Source: Promethearchaeota archaeon (GTDB lineage Archaea; Asgardarchaeota; Lokiarchaeia; Sigyniarchaeales; SOKP01). From it: DNA of 64,000 bases. Under the pieces are notes generated by a model. It searched no databases and was not told the origin of the DNA. It saw nothing but the letters and a program-made list of their open reading frames with translations. The position numbers and the translations under genes are program-made. The DNA is taken from positions 1 through 64,000 of the forward strand of contig JAEOTZ010000050.1 of NCBI GenBank assembly GCA_016839585.1. Direction: 5' to 3'. Positions 48,771 through 59,753 of this stretch are shown piece by piece (position 1 is the first letter of the stretch; each line of letters begins with the position of its first letter).

Positions 48771-49613
48771 TCAACTCTCATATAAGCTTATATTACTTAA
48801 AATTGAATCTACTTTGGAAAATAATCCTGTTATTAAACTCAATTCTTTTTTTGACATAAAAGCACGTTCAAAAACATTTTTAAACGCAAAAAATACATTT
48901 TCTTTTTTATGAGATCTTATTCTCAACTTTTCAATAAGGTGGTCTATAAATTTATAAAGAGTAAGACGGTTTTCTTTATTTGCATAAAGAATAGGGTGTT
49001 GTCCTCGTCCAATTGTTAATATGCTTATTTTTTTAAATATTTCATATAAAACTATTCCACAAGCGTGTGAAATATTTAAAGTAGGGTAATTAGGTCCTGT
49101 AGGGATTCTTAATAATATATCTACAAAGTTGATTTCTTCATTAGTTAAACCTCGAGACTCCTTACCAAAAAGTATAGCAATTTTTAATGGAGTTTCGGAT
49201 TTTGGAAATATTAAGTCTTCAGGGAAAATCGCTAATCTTCTAATATTTGAGTAGCTTTCGCCTTTGGCCGTTGTAGCAATAATTAAATCAAATTTTTTTA
49301 AATAATTTTTTAATGTAGGCAGATGATCTTCTTGATCTTGAATAGTTATTAATTCAGCATTAAAAAGAATATCTTTTCCATGCATAGCAAATCCTTGGGT
49401 TTCATAACTGAATATTTTCTCAATTTCTTCAATTGGATTAAAAATAACAAGCTTTTTAAAGTTGAAATTTTCCATTAGACGTGCTATAGATCCAATATTC
49501 CCTGCATGCTCAGGTTGAACCAATACTACAGAAAAAGATAAAGTTTCATATTCTTTTATTATATGTGTTTCTTGAAAAGTGTCAATTTCTCTTTTAATTT
49601 TCTTTTTATCCAA
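48771..49613 (-). CDS. trmJ: SPOUT tRNA (position 32) 2'-O-methyltransferase, TrmJ family
   Basis: VVLVQPEHAGNIGSIARLM, LFGKESRGLTNEE, IPTGPNYPTLNISHA. Confidence 0.85.
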   Translation of the reverse strand: MDKKKIKREIDTFQETHIIKEYETLSFSVVLVQPEHAGNIGSIARLMENFNFKKLVIFNPIEEIEKIFSYETQGFAMHGKDILFNAELITIQDQEDHLPTLKNYLKKFDLIIATTAKGESYSNIRRLAIFPEDLIFPKSETPLKIAILFGKESRGLTNEEINFVDILLRIPTGPNYPTLNISHACGIVLYEIFKKISILTIGRGQHPILYANKENRLTLYKFIDHLIEKLRIRSHKKENVFFAFKNVFERAFMSKKELSLITGLFSKVDSILSNISLYES

Positions 49614-49831
49614 TTTTGCTCACTCATTATTGGAATTTTTAAACTTTTTATCAAGGAGAGTTATTAAAAATTAAAAATCTTCCTTTATAATTTATATTAT
49701 TTATTAAGAACCGATTCAAAAAAATTGATATCGTTCATGAAAGATATTTATATTGAAATTACCATTAATTAGTTATAATATTAATTTTGAATAATTATTA
49801 CTTCAAAAGTATTAATTTTTAAGTATTTAAT

Positions 49832-50434
49832 GTGAGTCAAATGCCAGTATATAAAAACATCGGAGAGTATCTTGAATTTATCAATATAAGTAATGAAAAG
49901 TTCACATTATTTGAGTGGAAACCAGCTAGATCATTTAAAAGATATGATTTAGATTTAAATATTGTCAAACAAAATCCAGTTAACGATATTTTCTTTCATT
50001 TAACCAAGGGAAATATGAAAATTGTACATATCAGAAGAGATAATTTAATATATACTGTTGGTTCGAGAAATGAAGTACAATTTCAATTATTGGAAGCTTT
50101 ATTGGATCATGTAAGTTTTAAATTTCATGATATATATGATGTGGAGGTAATTTTGTCCTATGGAAATTTTTCTATTAATATTTTTAATGCTTTTAAAAAT
50201 GAAATTGAAGATATTATAGTACAGTTTGCAGATTTGGGCTTATTAAAAAGAATAAATGTTGAATGTAGAGTATGTAATAAAGTTCTAACCTTATTTGTTA
50301 AAAAAAATTTTATTGAAAATGCTGAATCTTATCCTGTTCCAATAGTATATGTTCATGAGGGGCACGCTATTTTATGCTTTATTGATCAAAATTTTGATAT
50401 ACGTGGAGTAGAATTAGTTAATATTACAGGGTAA
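49832..50434 (+). CDS. Hypothetical protein: longin-like domain + CxxC/His metal-binding domain
   Basis: KIVHIRRDNLIYTV..LLEALLDHV..KF; CRVC..YPVP..HEGH..IDQNFDIRG. Confidence 0.55.
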   Translation: MSQMPVYKNIGEYLEFINISNEKFTLFEWKPARSFKRYDLDLNIVKQNPVNDIFFHLTKGNMKIVHIRRDNLIYTVGSRNEVQFQLLEALLDHVSFKFHDIYDVEVILSYGNFSINIFNAFKNEIEDIIVQFADLGLLKRINVECRVCNKVLTLFVKKNFIENAESYPVPIVYVHEGHAILCFIDQNFDIRGVELVNITG

Positions 50435-50508
50435 TGATAAAGAAATTAATTAAATTAATAATAAAATATTAAGAAATAGTTATAAAATAACTAAACAATT
50501 TAATAATT

Positions 50509-51531
50509 ATGGCAGAAGAGAATTCCAAAGATTCTCCTTTTTTTGAGGAAATAATTAAAAAAACTAAAACTGGAATCACATTTCCAAAAACTCTAAGAGA
50601 TCTATTGTTTGAAGATGAAGAAGATATATTTTTTAGATTAATTGTACCAGAAGAAAAAGATAAAATAATTTTAGAATTTTTATCTAAAGAACAAGCAGAA
50701 AAGTTAACAGAAGAGTTTAAGGCGAAACCAAAAAAATTTCCCACAAAACCTAAGCAAAAACAATCTGTAAAAACGGGAAAATCAATTGGGTATTCACCAA
50801 GCTGGGGTGAATATTTCGTTTATGATTTCGATGCTAAAGATAAGGTTCAACCGATTTTAGAATCAGCATTTTACAAATTTGCAGAAAAACCTTTAAATCT
50901 TGAAGATGCTATGGGTAGAGTTAAGTATGCTTTAGTTTCTTTCCTAACTTCTACAAAAACAGAAAATGCAAAGTTATATTTTACTATAGAGAAATTCTTA
51001 CTAGATATCGTTGAGAAATTTGATTTACCTAATTTATTAGATTGGATTTTTGAAAAAATTATACCTAGCATTGAAAGTAAATTTCTCTATGAGTTAGCTC
51101 TTTTAGAATTAATCGAATCGAGTTTAAAATTTAAAAGATGGGAAAAGGCGGAAATTTATATTTTCCATGTGTTGAAAAATATTGATAGCTACACTGATTC
51201 TGAATTGTATAATATAATGAACAGTTTTAATCAATTAATCAGAAAGGTAAAATATGTTGAGAGATCTGATAAGATAGATATTTTACTCAAAGAAAAATTA
51301 TTAGAATATGGAGAAGGAATAGAAGATATAGATTATAAAATTCAAATTATAGAGTTCCTCGAAGATCTTAATTATATTGAGCTAGCATATGATCTAGCAA
51401 AAAAAATTCAATTGAGTTTGGCCCCAGAAAGTATGAAAATAGAAGAAGTTCGAAAATTAGTGAGAAGATTACATAAAGCTCCTATTACTGAGAATAAACC
51501 CCAATCTAGTATTGATTTTGATGAAGAATGA
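50509..51531 (+). CDS. Hypothetical protein with AbrB-like N-terminus and helical repeats
   Basis: GITFPKTLRDLL..FRLI..KIILE. Confidence 0.55.
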   Translation: MAEENSKDSPFFEEIIKKTKTGITFPKTLRDLLFEDEEDIFFRLIVPEEKDKIILEFLSKEQAEKLTEEFKAKPKKFPTKPKQKQSVKTGKSIGYSPSWGEYFVYDFDAKDKVQPILESAFYKFAEKPLNLEDAMGRVKYALVSFLTSTKTENAKLYFTIEKFLLDIVEKFDLPNLLDWIFEKIIPSIESKFLYELALLELIESSLKFKRWEKAEIYIFHVLKNIDSYTDSELYNIMNSFNQLIRKVKYVERSDKIDILLKEKLLEYGEGIEDIDYKIQIIEFLEDLNYIELAYDLAKKIQLSLAPESMKIEEVRKLVRRLHKAPITENKPQSSIDFDEE

Positions 51532-51534
51532 AAC

Positions 51535-52779
51535 TTATTCCTGTAATTCTTTATTTTTTTCTTCGTCAGGTTCTATTTTTTTAAGCTCTTCTTTAATCCT
51601 TTTGGTTTCTTCTTCTTTAAGTTTCTGTTCTTTTTGTTCAATTGCTTTTTGCTTTAGTTCTAACTCTACTTGAGATAGTTCCTTTTCTTTTTCAATTAAT
51701 TCTTCTTTTAATTTTAATACCTTTTCCTTCTCTAAGATTTCTTTTTCTTCTAATGCCTTCTCTTTTTCTTCTAATGCCAATTTTTTCTTTTTAATCTCTA
51801 TATCTTTCTTTTTTAGTTCCAATTCTTTATCAATAATTTCCGATTCTTCCTTCTTTAGCTTTTTTGGTATTTTTAATTTTGCAGGCTTTTCTTTACTTTC
51901 TATATCTTCTACCAATTCTTGTTCTTTCGTTATTATTTCCTCTTTTAATCTTAATGTCTCCTCTTTCGTTTGCATTGCCTTTTCTTCAATTTCTTTCTCT
52001 TTTTCTTCTAATGCCAATTTTTTCTTTTTAATCTCTAATTCTTTCTTTTTTAGTTCCAATTCTTTATCTAAAATTTCTGATTCTTCCTTTTCCAAATGTT
52101 TTTCCATCTTTTCTTCTTCTACAATTTCTCCTATTTTATCAATGGAAACTATGGATTTTAATATTGAATCTATGGATTTTTTTAAATCTTCATTCTCGGG
52201 AATATTTAGTATTTCTTTTGCATAATCAGTTAAAGTTCTAGTTATTACAGTTGGGTTATTCCTACCTATCGCTTTTAGAGTTTGAATAGCTTTTTCAACT
52301 ACAAAATCTTTATCATCTGATAATTTTAATATAATTGTTTTTATAAGAGCCTCATCATCAATATCAGTTTCTCCACCCGCCATGTATATTAATAATTGTA
52401 AAGCCGCTTCTCGGACATTAGGATCATTAGAATTTAATAAATCTTCACTATGAGGGAGGAATAAATCACATTCGTTTTCACACATAGTTTTCAGTAGTAG
52501 TAAAAATGTATATCTCAATAACGAGTCTTTTTTTGAAAGGTTGTTTAATAAAGTAGGTATATCAATAATTAAGTTTTCAATTAAAAATCTCAATACTGTT
52601 CTACCTCCATGAAGAGGTATTAATGTTTCTATAATATTTTCTAATCTTTCTATATAATTTTCTTCTGTTGGATTGCCCAAATAACGCGCGATTGTTTTTA
52701 CAGCATCATCAATTCTCCCATCTTTTATAAAATCTTTAACGATTTGAATTTCCTGATCTTTTTTATTAACCTCATTCAT
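51535..52779 (-). CDS. HEAT-repeat protein with a long E/K coiled-coil tail
   Basis: SNDPNVREAALQLL, DDKDFVVEKAIQTL; E/K-rich C-terminal half. Confidence 0.75.
   Translation of the reverse strand: MNEVNKKDQEIQIVKDFIKDGRIDDAVKTIARYLGNPTEENYIERLENIIETLIPLHGGRTVLRFLIENLIIDIPTLLNNLSKKDSLLRYTFLLLLKTMCENECDLFLPHSEDLLNSNDPNVREAALQLLIYMAGGETDIDDEALIKTIILKLSDDKDFVVEKAIQTLKAIGRNNPTVITRTLTDYAKEILNIPENEDLKKSIDSILKSIVSIDKIGEIVEEEKMEKHLEKEESEILDKELELKKKELEIKKKKLALEEKEKEIEEKAMQTKEETLRLKEEIITKEQELVEDIESKEKPAKLKIPKKLKKEESEIIDKELELKKKDIEIKKKKLALEEKEKALEEKEILEKEKVLKLKEELIEKEKELSQVELELKQKAIEQKEQKLKEEETKRIKEELKKIEPDEEKNKELQE
51758..52088. repeat. ~94 bp intragenic direct repeat (offset 237 bp)
   Basis: 51758-51851 vs 51995-52088 encode EESEI(I/L)DKELELKKK(DI/EL)EIKKKKLALEEKEK. 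Confidence 0.85.
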
Positions 52780-52804
52780 TATTATTAACCTCTTCTCTTT
52801 TCAT

Positions 52805-53761
52805 TTAATCTACCCAAATAATATAATAATCATTATAAATTCGTGTTATAAAATTAAAAATTAATCGCAAATCTCTAAATCTTAAAGGTAACCGCTTATT
52901 ATGTTCGATATAATTATTAGATTCTACACTAATATTCAACATTATTTCTAAATTTTCATTATCATCCATTTGTAAATGTATTTCTTCACAATACTGTGTA
53001 AGAGCATCTAGATCTTCTGCAAAAACATTCCAAAAATATTGATCTATTTTTGAAATATTTTCTTCTGGAAGTTTATCTTTAATTTTTAAAAGAACATCAT
53101 GAGGTACCATTGTTGAAACTGATACATATTTGGATGGAATTAACTTCATGCTTACCTCAGGAAAATAGATTTGAGCATATAATATGATTAAACCTAACAA
53201 TAATTCAAGACTAACAATATTTTCGCGATTAGCATTACAAAGGACATATTTTTCATTAATATTGATAACATGTATACGGTCATCATATTTGAAGATCATA
53301 TAATTATTCATTAATATGTATTTAAAATTCTCATTTCGATTTTGAATCCTATCATCGAATATCTTCAAAGCATCTTTCCATTTTTCGAAAGAAATAAACT
53401 GATTTAATTTACGATAATCTCCATGAAAAAAGATATCTAAAAAGTCTAATAGATATAAGTAAGTATCATAAGGTCTATATACAACAGTCTTATTTCTAAA
53501 ATCCCTTTCGATGACCCCTTTATGAACGCTATAACAAAATTTTGGTAGATCCTCTAATTTTAAGCCATTTTTTATTCTTAATTTCAATAAAAAGCGTCTA
53601 GCGCATAATGGTGTTAATGTACATTGAATTCTATCAATCTGACATTCTTCAAAACATAATTTATCAATTCTATTCATCAATAAGTCAATCAAATCTGATT
53701 TGTATTTAGTTTCTGATTCGTTTGCCAAATAATCTAATAGATGTTCTGGTTGTAAAGGCAT
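52805..53761 (-). CDS. Hypothetical protein with an N-terminal Cys cluster
   Basis: CFEEC-x6-C-x5-C ... CYSVH. Confidence 0.65.
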   Translation of the reverse strand: MPLQPEHLLDYLANESETKYKSDLIDLLMNRIDKLCFEECQIDRIQCTLTPLCARRFLLKLRIKNGLKLEDLPKFCYSVHKGVIERDFRNKTVVYRPYDTYLYLLDFLDIFFHGDYRKLNQFISFEKWKDALKIFDDRIQNRNENFKYILMNNYMIFKYDDRIHVININEKYVLCNANRENIVSLELLLGLIILYAQIYFPEVSMKLIPSKYVSVSTMVPHDVLLKIKDKLPEENISKIDQYFWNVFAEDLDALTQYCEEIHLQMDDNENLEIMLNISVESNNYIEHNKRLPLRFRDLRLIFNFITRIYNDYYIIWVD

Positions 53762-53958
53762 CTTTTTAAATTAGAATATCAAAATTTTATTATAGATCTT
53801 ATAAAGAAACTAATTTTCAAGTCTAATATTTTTTATTAATTTTTTATTATTCTATAAAAATACTTAAACTTTTATTAGAAAGGAATTATAAAGAATTATT
53901 AAGAAGCATTACTTCTTTCTTTGTAGGATAGAATAGAATGTGTTAGGATAAGTAGAAT

Positions 53959-55524
53959 ATGTTAAGACAAATTCACATTTTTCTTAAAGCTGAACATTTA
54001 TTTTGTAAGGATTATGCAATGGCATTAAGTGGCGAGGAATTAAACAACGTTAAAGAAATTATCCAAGAATATATCGATATGCCAATGCCTAATAAAACAT
54101 TTAGTCGTCCGGTTTCAAATTTTCAGATATTTCATAGGGGAACCGGAGAATTGTATTTCTTATTTATAGCTGATTTAGTCGATTCACTTGATATATTAAA
54201 TGATATTATAAAAAGTACGATGGAAAAGTTTAAAGAGTTATTTCCTGATCCCTCTAAGATTAAAGAATCAAGTCCTTCTAAATATGAGTTTATGCGCTTC
54301 TTAGATTTGATCCAAAAAGATCTTCACTCGAAGATAGCAATTATAGGACCAACTGGTTCTGGAAAATCAACGCTCTATAACATGCTACGTAGTGGTGGAG
54401 AAAGATCAATAATGAATTTTGCAAAATCATCAATTTTTGAGATGGATGGTTTAAATTTTGATTTATGGGATTTTCAAATAAAAGATAATTTTTCTCCTTT
54501 ATGGTCTAAGTTCATCAGTGGATCTGATTTAATTATTCTATTATTTGATTTATCAAATTATCATTTGAAGGTAGTTAATCATTTTATAAATTTGCATAAG
54601 CTTGAAAGTAATTTTTCCAGATTATTAATGATTGCTAACAAACGAGATTTAGTAGATGATGAAGATATAGGAAGAATTAAGAATGAATTAGATATAGATG
54701 ATTTTATTGAACTTTCTCTAAATGATCCTGAAACTAAGCAAAATATCGATGGATTATTAAAAAAAGCTGTAGGTTTAAAGGAAACATTACCATCAAATTT
54801 TAACGAACTAATAAAAAAAGCTGATGAATTAGTTGCTGTTGGAAATAATGTCCAAGCATTAGCGAAATATAATGAATTAATCAATGTATGTAATTTATAT
54901 CAAGATTTTATGTATTTACCAAGTCTTCAAACAAAAGCAGATAATCTTAGAAAATTAATTGACGAAAAAGTAAAGATTAGAAAAGAAATGGATAGAAAGA
55001 AAGAATTTGCAATCCCTGCTAAATTAAAATTTGCAAAAAAAATAATGGTAAAACCTCTTCCTGGTACAAAACCTATACCAGAAAATTCTGTTCAAATAAA
55101 AGCACCTGATACAGCTCCTGAGACAACTAAAAAAATGGCGTCATTTAAACAACTAGAAAAGAAACCAAAAGAATTGAAAATTTTCAAAACTGAGGAAGTA
55201 TCTCCCAAACCTAAAAAACTTACATTAACTCCAAAAGATTTAAAGATCGTAATACCCACCGAAAAAGAATTGAAAATTAAAGAAACTAAATTGCCTACTG
55301 ATTTATTTCCAAAATTGGATGAATCAAAAGTAAAAATAGATGAAGCTAAATTAGGTGACTTCGCTAGCGAGTTACAAAAAATGATAACTGAGAAAGGAAG
55401 TTCCTTGAGTTTAAAATTATGCGAACAATTGATAACAGAATTACATAATTCCTTAGGAAGAACATTGACTAAGGAGGATATTAATCTAGCAGCAGATTTT
55501 TTTGTTAAACAAGAACAAATGTAA
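53959..55524 (+). CDS. Longin + atypical small GTPase + helical/Pro-Lys-rich protein
   Basis: N-terminal longin-like pattern; GPTGSGKST, LWDFQ, NKRD. Confidence 0.75.
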   Translation: MLRQIHIFLKAEHLFCKDYAMALSGEELNNVKEIIQEYIDMPMPNKTFSRPVSNFQIFHRGTGELYFLFIADLVDSLDILNDIIKSTMEKFKELFPDPSKIKESSPSKYEFMRFLDLIQKDLHSKIAIIGPTGSGKSTLYNMLRSGGERSIMNFAKSSIFEMDGLNFDLWDFQIKDNFSPLWSKFISGSDLIILLFDLSNYHLKVVNHFINLHKLESNFSRLLMIANKRDLVDDEDIGRIKNELDIDDFIELSLNDPETKQNIDGLLKKAVGLKETLPSNFNELIKKADELVAVGNNVQALAKYNELINVCNLYQDFMYLPSLQTKADNLRKLIDEKVKIRKEMDRKKEFAIPAKLKFAKKIMVKPLPGTKPIPENSVQIKAPDTAPETTKKMASFKQLEKKPKELKIFKTEEVSPKPKKLTLTPKDLKIVIPTEKELKIKETKLPTDLFPKLDESKVKIDEAKLGDFASELQKMITEKGSSLSLKLCEQLITELHNSLGRTLTKEDINLAADFFVKQEQM

Positions 55525-55711
55525 TGATTTTTTTAAAAATTTTTAAAATATACTTCTAATCTGTAATTTGTTTTTATTGTGCTTTATCCTCTTTAGATTG
55601 ATAATTAATTCAAAAAATATTACATTTAGGAAAAATAAAACTAAAATTTATTTGTATATCCTTAATTATCTTTTTTAAAAATTTTTATCATTACAATATA
55701 AAGTTTTTAAA

Positions 55712-57208
55712 ATGAATGCTATAGAAGAACTTAAGGAATATTTTGCTGAAATAATGAGACTACACTATATACAAGTGACATTGGGATGGGATCAAGAGGT
55801 AAATATGCAAAATTATAAATCATTAGAAGGTAGATCTAAGCAAGTATCTTTGATTGAAAAATTAATTCATAAAAGAGTAACTTCAGAAAAAGTCGGTAAA
55901 TTAATAAAGGAAGCAGAAGAACTTGCTGATCTTAATGAAATTGAAAGTGCTATGCTACGTGAAATTACTAGAGAATATAATCTTGCAACAAAATTACCTG
56001 AAAAATTAGTAACAGAAATTGCTGAAACTAGTATATTAGCAGCCAAAGATTGGAGAGAGGCTAGAGCTAAAAGTGATTTTTCAATTTTCCAAAATATCCT
56101 TGAGAAGAGTGTTGAATTACAAAAAGAAAAAGCAAGAAGGCTTAAGACTCATCCAGATATGTATTCAACTTTAATTGATTTATATGAACCTGGTGCCACA
56201 TATAATTGGATTGCTAATGTCTTTAATCCAATAAAACCGAAACTAATAGATTTTGTTAAAAAGTTAAATTATTCTTCAAATAAACCTGATGATTCAATAC
56301 TAAGGAAGTATTATGATCCAGATAAACAGTTTGAACTTAGTTTTGAGATAATTAAAAAACTTAATTATGATCTTGGGTATGGTCGGCAGGATAGATCTAC
56401 TCACCCATTTACATCATCACTTGCTTCTATGGATACGCGAATCACTACAAGGACATCAGAAAATTACCCTAATGAATGTATCTTTGGAACAATACACGAA
56501 TGTGGTCATGCACTTTATGAAATGGGCATTAAGAAAGAGCTTCATGATACAATTTTATGTAACGGCACTTCAATGGGAATTCATGAATCTCAATCAAGAA
56601 TGTGGGAGAATTTTGTAGGTCGTAGTAAGGAATTTTGGATGTATTGGTATCCAACTTTTCAAAAGTATTTCCCTGAAAATTTAAAAAACTATCCTATGCA
56701 AGAATTTTATAGAGCTGTTAATACTGTTCAGCCATCATTTATAAGAGTAAATGCTGATGAGGTAACATATGGTTTACATATTATTTTGAGATTTGAATTA
56801 GAAAAAGAACTTATAGATGGTAAAATTCAAGTAAAAGAATTACCACAATTATGGAATTCTAAATTTGAAGATTTATTAGGAATTATTCCCCCTAATGACA
56901 CTCAAGGAGTATTACAAGATATACACTGGAGTATGGGAAGTATAGGATATTTCCCTACATATTTTCTTGGAAATCTTTATGGAGCGCAGATATATCAGAA
57001 TGTTCTCAAAAAAATTCCGCAATTACCAGAAGATTATAGAAAAGGTGAATTTTCTAATTTATTGAATTATCTAAGAGAAAATGTGCATCAACATGGAAGT
57101 GTCTATAGAGCGAGTGATTTAATAAAAAGAATCACAGGGGAAGAATTAAACCCAAATTACTTTATGGATTATCTTGAAAAGAAATATTATCCAATTTATA
57201 ATCTCTAA
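55712..57208 (+). CDS. M32 thermostable carboxypeptidase
   Basis: HPF, HECGHALYE, HESQS, IRVNADE, QDIHW, GYFPTY. Confidence 0.95.
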   Translation: MNAIEELKEYFAEIMRLHYIQVTLGWDQEVNMQNYKSLEGRSKQVSLIEKLIHKRVTSEKVGKLIKEAEELADLNEIESAMLREITREYNLATKLPEKLVTEIAETSILAAKDWREARAKSDFSIFQNILEKSVELQKEKARRLKTHPDMYSTLIDLYEPGATYNWIANVFNPIKPKLIDFVKKLNYSSNKPDDSILRKYYDPDKQFELSFEIIKKLNYDLGYGRQDRSTHPFTSSLASMDTRITTRTSENYPNECIFGTIHECGHALYEMGIKKELHDTILCNGTSMGIHESQSRMWENFVGRSKEFWMYWYPTFQKYFPENLKNYPMQEFYRAVNTVQPSFIRVNADEVTYGLHIILRFELEKELIDGKIQVKELPQLWNSKFEDLLGIIPPNDTQGVLQDIHWSMGSIGYFPTYFLGNLYGAQIYQNVLKKIPQLPEDYRKGEFSNLLNYLRENVHQHGSVYRASDLIKRITGEELNPNYFMDYLEKKYYPIYNL

Positions 57209-57313
57209 TTTTATTTTTTTTTAAATTTTATAATAATAAAACTGATAAAATATTCTGAAATATTTTAACTATTCATGAATGAGAAATCACACGATTAGGC
57301 TATTTGAGATAAC

Positions 57314-57904
57314 ATGTTATTGCAAGTGAAAAAATTTTCAGAAAAACTATTGCTTCCCTTAGGAAGAAAATTAACAAAAATACCTGCAAATTATTTTACT
57401 TTACTTGGTATGATCTCTGCCATCATAACATTTATTGGTTTTTATTTTCAAAATCTCCCTTTAATTATTACTTTCTTATTTGTTACTGAGTTTTTTGATC
57501 AATTAGACGGTGTAGTTGCCCGTCTTCAAGGACCAACAAAGATAGGTGCATTTCTAGATTCTACCTTAGATCGAATCGGAGATTTTTTTCTATTTTTTGG
57601 AGTAATCCTTGGTGGATATACTTCGATTGAAATAGGTCTAATAGTAATTATTGGTGCATTTTTAACTTCTTATACAAGAGCTAAAATTGAAGCACTTGGA
57701 ATAAAAAGTATGTATGGAGTTGGATTAATTGAAAGAACAGATCGTGTTCCAATTTTGTTTATAGGGGCTATTTTTCAAATTTGGTTTCCAACCGCTATAT
57801 GGTGGACGATGATAATTTTAGCGATAGGAACAAATATTACTGCTATACATAGAATTCTTTACGCCTATAGTAAATTTTCTAAAAAGGAACAAGATTTGGA
57901 GTAG
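57314..57904 (+). CDS. CDP-alcohol phosphatidyltransferase (archaetidylinositol-phosphate synthase-like)
   Basis: DQLDGVVAR..GAFLDSTLDR, SYTRAK, GLIERTDR. Confidence 0.9.
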   Translation: MLLQVKKFSEKLLLPLGRKLTKIPANYFTLLGMISAIITFIGFYFQNLPLIITFLFVTEFFDQLDGVVARLQGPTKIGAFLDSTLDRIGDFFLFFGVILGGYTSIEIGLIVIIGAFLTSYTRAKIEALGIKSMYGVGLIERTDRVPILFIGAIFQIWFPTAIWWTMIILAIGTNITAIHRILYAYSKFSKKEQDLE

Positions 57905-57936
57905 AATTTTTAGAAAAATAAAAAATATTAAGTAAG

Positions 57937-58602
57937 TTAGAATTGCTTTCTATTAAAGATAAATATATTTAACAGCATAATTATAGTAGTAACAGAATAT
58001 CCTATTATTGGAGTAACCACAACTGGTTTACCAAAATCTATAAAAAGAGGTAATAGAAAAATTATCGAAGAAAGTTGATTTCCCAAATAAACTGATAAAA
58101 TTGCTGCAGCTGCTACTGATGGGACTAATACTCCGAAAAATATTCCCATTGAACATGAAACTGCCATAAAAGCCATAAGAATTAACATAGATTCTAGGAC
58201 TTCTATAAAGTCATCTACAGTTACTCCAACATCAAACGCTTCTAATATTAACATAGCTAAATATGAAATAAAAACCGCTATTACTAGACATAAATAAACA
58301 GCAAAAAATTTAGCTAAAAGGAAATACCACCTTTTAACGGGTCTTACTAAGAATAATTCATACACATTATGATTTTTTTCACTTACTATTGATGTACTTA
58401 ACATAACAGAAGAAAGAGTACTACCTATACTTGATATTATCAATCCTATGGAAATGGTTATTAAAGGATCCTCTACATCTGCTTGTTGATATAAAAAGCG
58501 AATTAAGATAGCTAATGCTGGCATCCCAAACCATAGGATAATCATAACCTTTGATTTAATATATCCTCTCAACTCATCAAAAAAAAGTAATAAGAAAGTC
58601 AC
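57937..58602 (-). CDS. ABC-2 type permease
   Basis: About 6 TM helices, SEK..YELFLVRPVKR..LLAKF; overlaps the ATPase. Confidence 0.85.
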   Translation of the reverse strand: MTFLLLFFDELRGYIKSKVMIILWFGMPALAILIRFLYQQADVEDPLITISIGLIISSIGSTLSSVMLSTSIVSEKNHNVYELFLVRPVKRWYFLLAKFFAVYLCLVIAVFISYLAMLILEAFDVGVTVDDFIEVLESMLILMAFMAVSCSMGIFFGVLVPSVAAAAILSVYLGNQLSSIIFLLPLFIDFGKPVVVTPIIGYSVTTIIMLLNIFIFNRKQF

Positions 58603-59546
58603 TTTAATTCACCCCCTACATACGATAGGTATACTTCTTCTAAACTCGGTTTAACGATACTAAAATTTCTTATCTTACAATCATTTTCTAGTAATAATTT
58701 TAGAATTTGATTAACAGTAGAATTTAAATTAATATCAGAACTTAAGTGTACAAGTTGAATATTTGAAGCTAAATTTTCTACTTTTTCAACCTCAGCAATA
58801 TTTTCTAAATCTTGGTATAACAACGTATTTTTAGCAACTTCAATTCTTATCATATTCCCTATGCGAAAATCACTTTGTAATTCATCAGGACTTCCTATTT
58901 TAAGAATTTTCCCTTTATGCAAAATTCCAATAACATTTGCTATATCTTGAACATCACTTAAGATATGTGAAGAAAATAGAATAGTCTTCCCACTTTTAGC
59001 AAGCGATTTGATTAATCCTTTTATTTGGTACCTAATGGAAGGATCCAAACCAGATAACGGTTCATCTAAAACAAGAATTTCTGGTTCGTGTAAGAGAGCT
59101 TGACATAACCTAAGTTTTTGGATCATACCCCCTGATAAATGTTTAATTTTTTTATATCTTACATCTTCAAGTTCGGTAAATTTTAAAACATCATAAATAC
59201 GATTTTCAAGATTGCCTTTACTCACTCCAGATAAACGACCAAAAGTTGTAAGAGCCTGGTTAACTGTTCTCCATTCTTGAAATCCTACTTCTTGAGGATG
59301 ATATCCTACAATTTTGTGAAGATCTTTAAAATTAGATACAGATATTCCATTAACATATACTTCCCCTTTATAATTTGGAATTAATCCGACTAAAATTTTA
59401 ATAGTTGTAGTTTTCCCCGCACCATTTGGTCCGATATATCCAAATATATCTCCTTTTTCTATTATAAAAGAGATATTGTTTAAAGCAAGAAGATCTTTAT
59501 AACTTTTAGAAACATTATGTAATTCAATACAGCTATTTTGGCTCAT
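58599..59546 (-). CDS. ABC transporter ATP-binding protein
   Basis: GPNGAGKTT, LSGGM, LDEP, SSH. Confidence 0.95.
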   Translation of the reverse strand: MSQNSCIELHNVSKSYKDLLALNNISFIIEKGDIFGYIGPNGAGKTTTIKILVGLIPNYKGEVYVNGISVSNFKDLHKIVGYHPQEVGFQEWRTVNQALTTFGRLSGVSKGNLENRIYDVLKFTELEDVRYKKIKHLSGGMIQKLRLCQALLHEPEILVLDEPLSGLDPSIRYQIKGLIKSLAKSGKTILFSSHILSDVQDIANVIGILHKGKILKIGSPDELQSDFRIGNMIRIEVAKNTLLYQDLENIAEVEKVENLASNIQLVHLSSDINLNSTVNQILKLLLENDCKIRNFSIVKPSLEEVYLSYVGGELK

Positions 59547-59753
59547 TTCTTTAACATCTATACTATTTAAATATTAATTGATTTTAACTTCTCTGAATTT
59601 TTAAAATTATTATTCTATAACTATTTTTACATATATAATTTAAAGCTTTATTATCTAAAAAAAAATTAACAGATTTGTACTCAGAACAAATTTATATATA
59701 AAATCTGTCATAATTTATTCAATTAGATTTCTTATACAAACTGGGATACGATA

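Noticed and set aside
53890-53922. Hairpin AAGAAG-CATTA-CTTCTT upstream of the longin-GTPase
   Set aside because: A 6-bp AT-rich stem is expected by chance.
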